From positions 32,001-96,000 of the forward strand of contig CAWEHK010000050.1 of assembly GCA_963808625.1 (NCBI GenBank): a stretch of DNA of 64,000 nucleotides. The letters run 5' to 3'. Shown in pieces: positions 50,129 to 60,649 of the stretch. This stretch comes from an uncultured delta proteobacterium. Its GTDB lineage: Bacteria; Desulfobacterota; Syntrophobacteria; Syntrophobacterales; Syntrophobacteraceae. The notes under the pieces are model-generated. The model made no database searches and was not told where the DNA came from. It worked only from the letters and a program-made list of their open reading frames with translations. The position numbers were made by a program, and so were the translations under genes. Every line of letters starts with the position of its first letter. Position 1 is the first letter of the stretch.

Positions 50129-50442
50129 ATACTGAGGAAATCATCGGGGCTTATCCCTACGCGGAGCAGACAGACATTCGGCAAGCCCTTCAATATGCTG
50201 CATGGCTGACCGAAGAGACTCTTCATCCGCTTGAGTTGCCTTCAGCATGAAGTTCTTGGCAGCTCCGGGCATTTCACCAAAGTCGGTTGTCTTCCTTTAA
50301 CCCACTTCAGCCAAAAGCCGCTGCACTGTAGCGGAAGAACAACACCGATGCCTCGTTTCCTGTGCACAATCCTGGCATCGGTCTGCAGGGACGTGAGTGC
50401 ACCGGACCCTGTACGGTGTTTCTTCGGCGGAACTTCTTCGGC

Positions 50443-50459
50443 TTGGCCGCAAATTTGCA
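50443..50459 (+). promoter_or_regulatory. Candidate sigma54 promoter
   Basis: TTGGCCGCAAATTTGCA (GG-N10-GC), about 85 nt upstream of the ORF at 50543. Confidence 0.55.
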
Positions 50460-50542
50460 AATTAAGAATCTTCCTGGGCCGTTTCCAGGCTCGGCTAATG
50501 GCCGGAAAAGCTTCCGCTCGGCTTGCGCAGCTGGAGGAGGAA

Positions 50543-50920
50543 ATGGAAATCAATGATTGCCTAAAGAATGAAGATATCATCGATACCGTCATCAGTTTGG
50601 CGCGTCATGTCGAAATCTGCCACCATATCCCGGGCAGAATCCGCCTGAAAATCTCCCCTTTCGCTCTCAACCTGATTGACAGAGCTGATATCGCTCGGAC
50701 AATTCATGCAATTCCAGGAGTGATGGACCAACGGATGAGTCCTCATGCCAGATCGATCGCCATCGAATATGACCGGAAACGCATGCCTTTTGATCTGTGG
50801 GAATTGCTGGGGCAGGTCAGACAGAGGCCTGAACTGGCAGCGGTGGCCGCCAGTCTCATGCGCTTTCTGTGGCACCACGAAGAACTCGGAGAACTTCGCT
50901 TCCCACCACCCGCTACGTAA
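50543..50920 (+). CDS. HMA2-like domain protein
   Basis: HHIPGRIRLK...PGV...R....ARSI.IEYD; GGAGGAGG RBS. Confidence 0.75.
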   Translation: MEINDCLKNEDIIDTVISLARHVEICHHIPGRIRLKISPFALNLIDRADIARTIHAIPGVMDQRMSPHARSIAIEYDRKRMPFDLWELLGQVRQRPELAAVAASLMRFLWHHEELGELRFPPPAT

Positions 50921-51232
50921 AGAACATCACCGCAGGGCGCGCCGGGGTCGCCGAGGAGCCCTCCTCAATAAACTATTACTGCGGTAAGTCCTGGGTGACC
51001 CCCGCGGTGAAAAGAAATACCTTTAATCTCAGGCATGAAGTCGCTTTGACCTGCTGTTTCCGGCTTTTCTCTGATCACTATTCTCTAGGTAAATGCATGC
51101 CCGTTATTCGGAATCGCAAGCAAAAGAGCTGTTTTGGGGCCCTTGAACTTGTTCGTTGCCCATCAAAGTTATTGACAAAACATAATCGATCGTGATACTC
51201 TATTCCCATAAATTCTCGATGGAGATTTTGAC

Positions 51233-51352
51233 ATGCTCACAATTACTGTATCCCCTACATACCAAGCCGTTATACCAAAAGCGAGAAGACAGGCATTGAA
51301 TCTTCGTCCTGGTCAAAAAATGCAGATTAATGAATATGGAGGGAAAAGCTAA
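51233..51352 (+). pseudogene. Truncated AbrB/MazE-type antitoxin (39 aa)
   Basis: MLTITVSPTYQAVIPKARRQALNLRPGQKMQINEYGGKS*; GGAG RBS; upstream TTGACA-N16-GATACT. Confidence 0.7.
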
Positions 51353-51870
51353 TGGAGAGGACTGAAAGCGTTGTAATTCAAGTCGCCCCTGATTATGAGA
51401 ATGATAAAATTCGAGAAATGCAAATGTTTGGATGGAACCTTCAGAGCCGTCAAGAGATGCATGAGGAAGGAGATGCATACGGAAGACCAAGTATTACTGG
51501 GGGAAGCTACAAGGTAACTACAAAAGTTTTCAAGTACGTTAAACTTCACTTTGTCAGAAGCTTAGATTTACCTAACCTAAATAGAATAAAACAAATTGAA
51601 GATGAATTTTATAAATTACCATTTCCTAACACCCCATCATTTATTGGACCTCTAATTGTGATTGGTTTGGGTATTGTTGGATTCCTTTCTTCTATAAATA
51701 AACAAGGATCGGGTTTTGCTGAATTCGTAGTGTTTCCGCTAATACTAGTGGTACCAGGAGGCTTTTGGCTATTCTCCAGGATAAAGAAAAGGCAATCAAC
51801 TAGTAACATTTGCTCTGAGAGTTTAAAGAGACAGCAAGAACTAATAAATGATTTGCAATCATTGGCTTAG
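51352..51870 (+). CDS. AT-rich hypothetical membrane protein (two C-terminal TM helices)
   Basis: 172-aa ORF with A/T-ending codons unlike its neighbours; GGAGG RBS. Confidence 0.8.
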   Translation: MERTESVVIQVAPDYENDKIREMQMFGWNLQSRQEMHEEGDAYGRPSITGGSYKVTTKVFKYVKLHFVRSLDLPNLNRIKQIEDEFYKLPFPNTPSFIGPLIVIGLGIVGFLSSINKQGSGFAEFVVFPLILVVPGGFWLFSRIKKRQSTSNICSESLKRQQELINDLQSLA

Positions 51871-51952
51871 CAATAGTAACCGTTCACCACCTCTTGGCTA
51901 CTAAGGCACAAAGTCACAAAGATAACGATACTCCCCTGAATGGTTACACGGC

Positions 51953-53347
51953 TCACATACAGGGCCATAGGGGTTTGCCCGAAAATTGATCCGGGCCTGC
52001 TTTTGCATAAAGATCATCGATGAATCCGGTATCCAGATCGCCGTCCAGGTATTTCGGACTGCTCAAAATCAACAGGTTTGCAGGAATGGTTGTCTTAATC
52101 CCCTCGACGTGAAACTCAGACAGCGCTCTTACCAGCTTATCGACGGCATCCCGACGGGTCTCACCCCAGGCGATCACCTTCGCCAGCAGGGGATCATAAT
52201 AGGGGGGGACGGCCGCGCCGGCCTCCATGGCGTGGTCAATCCTGAGATAGGCGGGGTCGGTGGCGGGAAACCGCAGACTGCTGATCGTCCCCGGCGACGG
52301 GCAAAACGTCAGCGGGTCTTCAGCGTAGATCCTCGCCTCAATGGCATGCCCGCGCAAGCGGACATCCGCCTGCTGCAATTCCAGCCTCTCCCCCGAAGCG
52401 ATTCGCAGTTGCCGTTCCACGATGTCAATACCCGTCAGGAACTCCGTCACCGGGTGTTCCACCTGCAGCCTGGCATTGACCTCCATGAAGTAGAACTGTC
52501 CCTCAGCGGCACGCAGAAACTCCATGGTGCCCGCTCCCTGGTATCCCATGGCTCTGGCCAGCTTCGCGGTGCAATCGAAGAGCATCGCCCGATCCTTTTC
52601 ATCGACCACCGGTGAAGGCGATTCTTCGATGATTTTCTGATACCGCCTCTGGATGGAACATTCCCTTTCGCCCAGGCAAACACAATTGCCAAAGCCATCG
52701 GCAAGAAACTGGATTTCGATATGCCTGGGGTTGATCACTTCCTTTTCGAGGTAGCTTTCCGGATGACCAAAAGCCAGCATGCCGATTCGAGAGAGCCTCT
52801 CGAAAGCCTCCTTCGCCTGCACGGTCCTCCCGGACGACTTCAATGCCTTTGCCGCCACCTCCTTTGTCAAGCTTGAGCACGAGCGGGTAACCGTGTTCGG
52901 AAGCATAGCGGCAAATATCATCCGCGCCCGAGATGGTATCGATGGTTCCGGGTATGACCGGAACGCCTGCGTCCGTGGCAATTTTCCTGCAATAGCACTT
53001 GGAATCAATCGCCCTCAGGACGGCAGGCGGCGGCCCTACCCAGGTAATCCCATTGGCTGACAACCGCATCGGCAAACAAAGAATTCTCCGAAAGAAAACC
53101 GTATCCCGGGTGGATGGCGTCAGCTCCGGACTGCTTTCGCCGCATCAAGGATCGCCTCGATGTTGAGGTAGCTCTTGATCGGGTTTGAAGGGCCGATATG
53201 GAAAGCCTCGTCCGCCTCTTTCAGATAGAACATGTTGCGGTCGGCATCGGAGTAGACGGCAACGGTTTTGATGCCCAGTTTGCGGCACGTCTTCATGACC
53301 CGGACGACGATTTCCCCCCGGTTGGCAATAAGCAATTTCCTGATCAC
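51953..53347 (-). CDS. Biotin carboxylase (multiple frameshifts)
   Basis: KLLIANRGEI, HPGYGFLSEN, KGGGGKG, ECSIQRRYQK, EVNARLQVEH, YYDPL across several frames. Confidence 0.88.
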
Positions 53348-53431
53348 TATCGCCTCTTCCTGTTGGGTTTCAAAACGGCTGTCATCGGCCTCGGCAAAAC
53401 CTGAAGATCCGTGAGCTCGAATCACGGACTA

Positions 53432-53660
53432 CTATTTGTGATCGACATCCATGATGATCATCGGGTTGCCGATTTCCATTTCATCCCATTCTTTGACGAG
53501 AATACTCTTGACGACTGCCATCATCGTCAGCACGAACGGAAAGCTCGGTCTTCATGCAATTGATGACCGCAACCTCCTGTCCCTTGGCAACCTTATCCCC
53601 TTCGTTAACCACCACGCGGGCAACAAGCCCCGGCATATGTGCATTTACTGATACTTCCAT
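53432..53660 (-). CDS. Biotin carboxyl carrier protein (two apparent +1 indels)
   Basis: Reconstructed MEVSVNAHMPGLVARVVVNEGDKVAKGQEVAVINCMKTELSVRADDDGVVKSILVKEWDEMEIGNPMIIMDVDHK; GGAG RBS. Confidence 0.8.
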
Positions 53661-53676
53661 GATATTCTCCCCTAAA

Positions 53677-53748
53677 ATAGTGATTAGTGACTAGTGGCTA
53701 GTGGTTAGTTGACTAGTGACTAGTGACTAGTGACTAGTGGTTAGTGGC
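53677..53748. repeat. Heptamer tract (TAGTGAC/TAGTGGT)n
   Basis: About ten units between pxpA and BCCP; same family at 62955-62990. Confidence 0.9.
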
Positions 53749-53762
53749 TCTGGGTCGCATGG

Positions 53763-54517
53763 TTATCGCATCTCGGCCAGTTTCTTCAACGGTATCCCGA
53801 CCCCTTCCAAGCCCGCCTTAACCGTCTTGACGACCTCGGCGGCATTGGGCGAGTCGCCGTGACAGCAAATGGTGTCGCCTTCGGCGCTGATCCGTCTTGC
53901 CGCTGATGGTCGTGATCTGTTTGTCCCTGGCCACCATGATCGCCCGTTCCGCAACTTCTTCCGGAGAGCGGGCCTTCTTGGTGCGCTCCAAAACCCAATT
54001 CCCCTCATCGTCGTAGCTGAGATCAATCAGGATTTCAGCCGCCATCTTCAGGCCCAATTCCCTGCCGCGCTTCCAGATGAGCGTATCCCTCGGGATCATG
54101 ATGAAAAGCTCACGATCAAAGAGCGCCACGGCCTCGAGAAAGGCTTCAGCATAGCGGGGATCGTCTGAAACCATGCGGTAGAGGATCCCGTGGGGTTTGA
54201 CGTGCTGCATCTTCATGCCGTTCACCCGCAGCATGGCCTCGAGCGCCCCCAGCTGATAGAGGGTATCGCACTTCAACTCATCGGGCGTGATTTCCATGCG
54301 CCTTCGCCCGAAGCCCCTGAGGTCCTGAAGACCGGTATGGGCCCCCACGGCGACGTCATACTTTTTGGCGAGCTGGACGGTTTCCTGCATCACCAGCGGG
54401 ATCGCCCGCATGAAACCCGCAGGCGACGTTGGCGGAGGTAATATACTTCATCACCTCTTCGTCATTCCCCAGCTTGTACCTCCCGAAGCTCTCACCCATG
54501 TCAACATTGAGGTCCAT
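53763..54517 (-). CDS. pxpA: LamB/YcsF (PxpA-like) protein (two frameshifts)
   Basis: [56 protein letters not shown]. Confidence 0.88.
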
Positions 54518-54656
54518 CGTCGTATCCTCCCTCTACTACCAACGTTCAAATTGTCTAAATTTTACCAAGATTTTTCCCTAAATCCTTGTTTTCTCTGCGA
54601 CCTCTGCGTCTCTGCGGTGATTCTTTTGGTTACGGCCGTCGCCTGCCCTGCGAAAG

Positions 54657-55641
54657 CTACGCCAGTGACTTTTCACTCAACCACTCGCGCTGTTGCTTGC
54701 GCGCTTGCGTGGCTTCGTCCTGGGTGCAATAGGCAAATCGCATAAAGTCCCGGCCCGGGGTGCCCTGGCCGATTTTCCACAAATCCGCGTTGATTACCGT
54801 CAGTGCGCACATATATCCGCCGAGGGTCGGACCGTCGGCAATCAGAAGGATCGGGGTATTGCCGCAGATATTTAAGCGCTCCGCGAATCGCATAGGCATG
54901 ATCGAGGACATTGGAAGGATGGCTTCCGGCGACCCCGCCGTCTTTTCGCGCAAAAGCCAGGTCTTTGGCTTCCGCCAGGCGATAGGCGGAGCGATTGGAA
55001 CTGTGCTGGACCCGGAAGGAATTGGAGAAAAGAAAGTCCATCCCTTCTTTGGTCAGGTAGTCGGGCGAAGCGTTCGGACCGGGGATGGCGCGCAGCACCC
55101 ATTCTCTGCCGTATTCCGGCATCGCTCCGGCCTTCACTTTGCGGCCCTTCAGACTGTTCAGCTCCCGGGACGGCTTGCCGAACTTCAGCACGTCCCCTTC
55201 CTGCAGCTTCCGGCCTTCAAACCCGCCATAGCTTCCGAAGAGGCAGGTCGACTTGCTGCCCAGATAAACGGGAACATCAATGCCACCGGCAACGCCGAGA
55301 TAAGACCGAAACCCGAACTCGCCAAAATGAGAAACCTTGATCACATCGCCCTTGCTCACGGCCACCGCTTCCCACATGGGAATGGGCTGACCATTGACGG
55401 TGGGCTTCATGTCCGTCCCGGTAAAACTGATGACCGTATCGGCCCCGAATTCCGCCTCGAAATAGCCGCCCGCAATCTCGATGCCGGCTTCCCCCGGAGG
55501 GTTCCCCACCAGCAGGTTGGCAAACCCCAGGGCAACATTATCAAAGGCCCCGGAAGAAGCCATTCCATTGTCCAGGTAGCCGATTCTTCCCGGCCAGTCT
55601 TCAACGACCGTCTCAATCCCACCATTGATGACTTTCAACAT
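54657..55641 (-). CDS. PxpC/KipA-like (carboxyltransferase domain AB) protein (frameshift near 54875)
   Basis: ED.PGR.GY...G.ASSGAFD, ANLLVGN, GFRSYLGVAGG, YLGSKST, SNR; second frame PILLIADGPTLGGY. Confidence 0.85.
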
Positions 55642-55666
55642 GGCTGTTTCCTCCTAACCAGATAAT

Positions 55667-56653
55667 TTATACCTTGGGCGCAATCTTGGTGCCGGCTTCC
55701 TGCTTGGCGAGGAGCTCCTTCACTTCTTTCTGAACCCCACCGGAATTGTAGAAATCCAGCCAATCCTTGACGACAAATTTCCCGGGCTTGATGTCATAGT
55801 CATAGTCGCCAAGCTCATGGACGCGTCGATGGATCTCGAGGATTTCCGGTTCGCTCACCTCATGGAACTTGATCCGGTCGCCGGCTTTGAAGAAGGTCGG
55901 ACTTTCTTTGAAGAGGGGATGTTTTTGAGCGAACTGGAAGATGGGGATGGTTCTGCCAAAGAGCTGGTAGCCTCCTCCGGTCGGCGTCGGATAGACATAG
56001 AGGCAGGGTCCCCCGATGCCCACGGTGGACTCCGGCGTCCACGTCCTGGGCGGATTATACTTGGGAACCACAATGGCGCACCGCGGATCGAGCGGCCAGA
56101 AGAAGCCGCCGCCCGGCCAAAAGCCGTTGCCGCTGTTATACCATTCGGTCCCGCACACCATCTGCTTGATGCCGTCCACCGAAACCCCGTTGCACAGGGC
56201 CATGTATTCGATGTTGTAGCCATTGATGACATTGGGCGCCTCGGGCCTCACTTCCTTCACGTACTTGGCCACAGCCTTTTTGGTTTCGCTGTCCTCGAAG
56301 GCGATGGGAAGAGAAATGAGGCGGGATTCAAACTCGATGTCTTCGACATGGGCCAGTTTCTCTTCTTCCTCTTCGATGGCGGCGATCAATTTGGGAAATG
56401 ACAGCACTTCGGGGTCAAAATGGAAGAGATTGGTCCTGATGCCCGGTACGGTCTCGTACAATCCCCTTATCTTCTTGGCCTTAACGGCATCATTGATGGT
56501 TAGCGTGCGAAATGAGTCGACCAGGTTAAATCGCGGCACCGAGCCATATTCAACCTGGAGGAAGCCATCCCCGGCTTGCCTGAACAGAACCTCCGGTCGT
56601 GAGTCAGCTTCGGGTAAACGATCCAAAATAACATCATAATGCTTCTGATCCAT
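55667..56653 (-). CDS. PxpB/KipI-like (carboxyltransferase domain CD) protein, urea-carboxylase-like long form
   Basis: RQAGD..L.VEYG, R.I.LP.AFED, GFWPG, PLDPR...VVPKYNPPRTWTP...VGIGG, GGYQLFGRT. Confidence 0.85.
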   Translation of the reverse strand: MDQKHYDVILDRLPEADSRPEVLFRQAGDGFLQVEYGSVPRFNLVDSFRTLTINDAVKAKKIRGLYETVPGIRTNLFHFDPEVLSFPKLIAAIEEEEEKLAHVEDIEFESRLISLPIAFEDSETKKAVAKYVKEVRPEAPNVINGYNIEYMALCNGVSVDGIKQMVCGTEWYNSGNGFWPGGGFFWPLDPRCAIVVPKYNPPRTWTPESTVGIGGPCLYVYPTPTGGGYQLFGRTIPIFQFAQKHPLFKESPTFFKAGDRIKFHEVSEPEILEIHRRVHELGDYDYDIKPGKFVVKDWLDFYNSGGVQKEVKELLAKQEAGTKIAPKV

Positions 56654-56955
56654 AATGCAGTACCTCCCACTCGAGTGGACGTTAGTGCTGCCAAGCCATG
56701 TGGCCACTGCCCCTCATGACGCCTGACAGCAGTGACCTGCCCTGCACCTGCTTTCCTTTAGGCTGATTCCTCCTCTTCGCAGTTAGGCCAGCTCAAAACT
56801 CCTTTCCACACTTCAAATCTCCTAACAACTATCTGGTATTTTTCAGGTTTTGTCCGTGACATCAAATCGGAAGGATGTTAATTATGTACTTTAAAATGAT
56901 TCGCTACGTTTTTGCAATTGTTAAAGTGCAATTGTTTTGGATTGGCTGAAGACAA

Positions 56956-58707
56956 GTGAAAACTACCATAAGCGGCGATGAGATCCTCAATGCCAGCAGC
57001 CACGGCGTGATCGCGACCGACTCCCGGGGGATTATCCTTTTTGCAAACGCCCAGGTCGAGAAGTTTTTTGGCCTTCACTCCGGGGACATTTTGGGGACTG
57101 ACATCAGCGAGGTCCTCCCAAGCTCAGCTCCCCTCGTGATGACATCGCTCGCCTCGGGAACTCCGCAACTGGGGCGCTATGTCCACGGAAAAGACCGGGA
57201 ACTCCTGCTCAACATTACCTTGATTCGGGGATCGGACGGGACCAAAGGGGCGGTGTGCAGCTTTCAGGAAATGGAGCAGCTTGAGTTTTCGGCGCGGAAG
57301 CTCGAATCCTATAAACACCTCAACCGGCAGTTGCACGCCATTTTTCAATCGTCTTCGGATGGCATCTGGGTTTGCGACGGTCAGGGCAAGGTCATCAATG
57401 TCAATGAAGCGTCCGAAAAGCTGAACGGTATCAAGGCTGCTGACGTCATTGGAAGGACGGTTTCGGAGATCCTTGCCAAAAGGTGGTTTGACCGCTCGGT
57501 CACCCTTGAAGTGCTTGAAACCAAGCGCCAGGTCAGCATCATCCAGCACTTGAAACGGACTCAGAAGATCCTGCTGGTGACCGGCACCCCGGTGTTCGAC
57601 GAGACCGGAAACATTTCCATGGTGGTGGTCAATGAACGGGACATGACCCAGCTCAATGCCATCCGGGAACAATTGGAACAGTCCCGCCTGGTAACGGAGA
57701 AATATCAGGAAGAACTGGCTGAGCTGAGCCTCCTGGAACTGAAAAAGCAGGAGATCATCGCCAGCAGCAGCCAGATGCGGCAGGTCCTGAGGATCGGCCT
57801 GAAACTGGCCCACCTGGAAGCCTCCAACATTCTGATCCTGGGCGAATCGGGAACCGGCAAGGGGCTTTTGGCAAAGTTCATCCACAAGAACAGCAAACGA
57901 GAACACAAGCCCTTTGTGCAGATCAATTGCGCGGCCCTGCCCGAAAATCTCCTGGAGGCGGAACTGTTCGGCTACGAGCGGGGGGCGTTTACCGGCGCCC
58001 GCGAACAGGGGAAAATCGGCCTCTTCGAACTGGCCCACGACGGCACCCTCTTTCTCGATGAAATTGGCGACCTTCCCTTTTCGGTCCAGGCCAAGCTCCT
58101 AAAATACCTCGACGACCAGGAAATCATGCGGCTGGGCAGCCTGAAGCCGAGGAGGATCAACTGCACGGTCATCGCCGCGACCAACCACGACCTCGAAGAT
58201 CTGACGCGGCGCAATCAGTTCCGCCAGGACCTCTTCTACCGCCTGAATACTTTTACCATCCGCATCCCTCCCCTGCGCGAACGGCCCGAGGACGTGTTCG
58301 AACTGGTGAATTATTTCTTACGCAAGTACAACCGCGCTTATCACCTCAAGCGGCGGGTCTCTCCGGAAGCGCTCAAGATCTTGCAATCCCACCCCTTTCC
58401 CGGAAACGTGCGAGAGCTGAAAAACATTCTGAAAACGGCGGTTTTGATGGGTGAACAGGAGGTCGTGGATGATTTTGTCATCAGCGGTCTGGGGGTTAGA
58501 GTCGAGAAACCGGCGGCACCAAAGAAGGTGTTAAAAGACAACGCCTCCCTCAACGACGAGATCGGAGCGCTGGAAAAAGAGATTCTGGAGAAGGCCCTCG
58601 TCCAGTTCAAAACGACCAGAGAATTGGCGCGGCAGCTCGGCATCAGTCAACCGACCGTGGTGCGCAAGCTCAAGAAATACGCTCTCTCCTCGCGTGTGAT
58701 TCATTAG
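56956..58707 (+). CDS. Sigma54-dependent activator (PAS-PAS-AAA+-HTH)
   Basis: GESGTGKG, ELFGYERGAFTGA, LFLDEIGD, FRQDLFYRLN, PGNVREL, C-terminal HTH. Confidence 0.95.
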   Translation: MKTTISGDEILNASSHGVIATDSRGIILFANAQVEKFFGLHSGDILGTDISEVLPSSAPLVMTSLASGTPQLGRYVHGKDRELLLNITLIRGSDGTKGAVCSFQEMEQLEFSARKLESYKHLNRQLHAIFQSSSDGIWVCDGQGKVINVNEASEKLNGIKAADVIGRTVSEILAKRWFDRSVTLEVLETKRQVSIIQHLKRTQKILLVTGTPVFDETGNISMVVVNERDMTQLNAIREQLEQSRLVTEKYQEELAELSLLELKKQEIIASSSQMRQVLRIGLKLAHLEASNILILGESGTGKGLLAKFIHKNSKREHKPFVQINCAALPENLLEAELFGYERGAFTGAREQGKIGLFELAHDGTLFLDEIGDLPFSVQAKLLKYLDDQEIMRLGSLKPRRINCTVIAATNHDLEDLTRRNQFRQDLFYRLNTFTIRIPPLRERPEDVFELVNYFLRKYNRAYHLKRRVSPEALKILQSHPFPGNVRELKNILKTAVLMGEQEVVDDFVISGLGVRVEKPAAPKKVLKDNASLNDEIGALEKEILEKALVQFKTTRELARQLGISQPTVVRKLKKYALSSRVIH

Positions 58708-58860
58708 TAAATCACCCTGCCTACCACCATATAATCAATGAAGCGAAGCCGCTACAAGATATTTTGATCCATTAATGAATCATGTCAGACGACTCACTTC
58801 GTTGCGTTTTGGTGTGGGTCTGTCTTGAGTTCGGTTTTAAACCGCCATTCATCATGCCTG

Positions 58861-58998
58861 GTACACGTGGGCGGAAATCGGTAGCCAGTTCCGGTGGGCA
58901 CGGTGAAGCTGTGCCCACCCTACAGTGTTTCCGGTTCCGTAGGGTGGGCAGTCTTTTTTGCCCACCGGAAACATGCACTAATTTATGCCGGTGTGTAC
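58861..58998. repeat. GTAG-type REP doublet (GTAGGGTGGGCA..TGCCCACC) within GTACAC..GTGTAC ends
   Basis: Two opposed palindromes at 58889-58970. Confidence 0.75.
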
Positions 58999-59035
58999 TA
59001 GGAGGTTGCTGAAAAAGTGTCGCAAGGCCCCCCTC

Positions 59036-59106
59036 CGTCATTCCGGTGAAAACCGGAATCCAGGCTCTGCAGGGTTTTCTGGACCCCGGCTTCCGCCGGG
59101 GTGACG
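59036..59106. repeat. REP-like doublet family B (GTCATTCCGG..GGAATCCAG)
   Basis: Inverse copy of 31933-32003; half copies at 3122-3154 and 27995-28027. Confidence 0.85.
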
Positions 59107-59256
59107 TTGGGAGAGGATCTTTCAACTCCGGCGAGGATTTGCAACATCGGAAGACCCCCGCTTTGATTCATAGATGCATCGATAACGGCTTTCCACCACC
59201 ACCTTGCATGGTATCGTCGCCGTTCCCTGTCTTACGTTGTCTTACCGCACAACACT

Positions 59257-59272
59257 TGGCACGACATTTGCC
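59257..59272 (+). promoter_or_regulatory. Sigma54 promoter of the aminotransferase gene
   Basis: TGGCACGACATTTGCC, near-consensus -24/-12. Confidence 0.88.
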
Positions 59273-59338
59273 CAAGAAGGCTACGGCACTCTCGCCGGGC
59301 ATCGAGAAGAAGATTCAACTGAAACAACAGGAGTGGTT

Positions 59339-60649
59339 ATGAGTAGTTCCAAATCCAGTGCGCTCTTGGCAGAGCTGCGGGCAAACTTTGTCCCGCAGGG
59401 TCCCTTCAATGTTACGCCCTACTTTGTCGAGAGGGCAAAAGGGGCCGTCGTTTATGATGTCGACGGCCGCGAACTGATTGACTTTGCCGGCGGCATCGGC
59501 GTCATGAATGTCGGCCACAGTCACCCGAAAGTGGTCGCAGCCATCAAAGAGCAGGTTGAGAAGTTTACCCACACCTGCTTTCACATCGTCATGTATGAGC
59601 CCTACCTCAAGCTGGCGGAAAAACTGTGCGCCCTGACGCCGGGATCGTTCCCCAAGATGGCCCTGTTTGCCAACAGCGGCGCCGAAGCCGTGGAAAATGC
59701 GGTAAAGATCTCGCGGCATTACACCAAACGGCAGGGTATTATCTGCTTTGATAACGGGTTTCACGGCCGCACTTACATGGCCATGACCCTCACGAGCAAA
59801 GTCAAGCCCTACAAGTTTGGGTTCGGCCCCTTCATGTCCGACGTCTACCGCATGCCTTGCGCTTACTGCTACCGCTGTCCTTTCGGTCTCACCTACCCCG
59901 CTTGCGATGTGGCCTGCGCCGACTATCTGAAGGACTTTTTTATCGGTCATGTCGCAGCCGAGAGCACGGCCGCATTGATTGTCGAGCCCGTCATGGGGGA
60001 AGGCGGCTTCATTACCCCGCCGCCCGAGTATTTTCCCAAGTTGATCAAAATCTGCCAGGACAACGGCATTGTTTTTGTGGCCGACGAGATTCAAAGTGGT
60101 GTTGGGCGCACCGGGACGATGTTTGCCATGGAACACTGGGGCATCGAACCCGACCTCCTGCTCACCGCCAAGAGCATGGCTGCCGGCATGCCGTTGAGCG
60201 CCGTAGTGGGCCGAGCGGAAATGATGAACGCACCGCAGGTTGGCGGATTGGGTGGCACCTATGGCGGCAACCCTGTTTGCTGCAGCGCCGCCCTGGCAGT
60301 TCTGGAAATCTTTGAAGAAGAAAAGCTTTTGGAAAAGTCCCAGGCTCTTGGCAAGAAACTTCGGGAACGTTTCGAAGCGATGCAGAAGCGGTTGGAGATC
60401 ATCGGCGATGTCCGCGGCATTGGCCCCATGCTCGCCCTGGAACTCGTCAAGGATCGCGTAACCAAAGAACCGGCCGCCGACGTGGCCAAAGCCCTGGTGA
60501 AATTCTGCTATGAGAAGGGGCTGGTGATCCTCTCCTGCGGCAACTTCAGCAACGTTATTCGGACCCTCATGCCGCTCGTCATTACCGACGAGCAACTGGA
60601 GCGCGGCCTGGCGATCATGGAAGAAGGGTTAACGACCCTTTCGAAGTGA
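59339..60649 (+). CDS. gabT: 4-aminobutyrate/5-aminovalerate aminotransferase (class III PLP)
   Basis: DFAGGIGV.NVGHSHP, HTCF, NSGAEAVENAVK, FHGRT, KVKPYK.GFGPF, EPVMGEGGF, DEIQSG.GRTG, AKSMA.G.PLS, GGLGGTYGGNP. Confidence 0.92.
   Translation: MSSSKSSALLAELRANFVPQGPFNVTPYFVERAKGAVVYDVDGRELIDFAGGIGVMNVGHSHPKVVAAIKEQVEKFTHTCFHIVMYEPYLKLAEKLCALTPGSFPKMALFANSGAEAVENAVKISRHYTKRQGIICFDNGFHGRTYMAMTLTSKVKPYKFGFGPFMSDVYRMPCAYCYRCPFGLTYPACDVACADYLKDFFIGHVAAESTAALIVEPVMGEGGFITPPPEYFPKLIKICQDNGIVFVADEIQSGVGRTGTMFAMEHWGIEPDLLLTAKSMAAGMPLSAVVGRAEMMNAPQVGGLGGTYGGNPVCCSAALAVLEIFEEEKLLEKSQALGKKLRERFEAMQKRLEIIGDVRGIGPMLALELVKDRVTKEPAADVAKALVKFCYEKGLVILSCGNFSNVIRTLMPLVITDEQLERGLAIMEEGLTTLSK

Larger units (their letters stand above)
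58697..59181. promoter_or_regulatory. Three TGATTCA-N4-TGAATCA-like palindromes (candidate enhancer sites)
   Basis: 58697-58714, 58765-58782 and 59164-59181. Confidence 0.65.
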
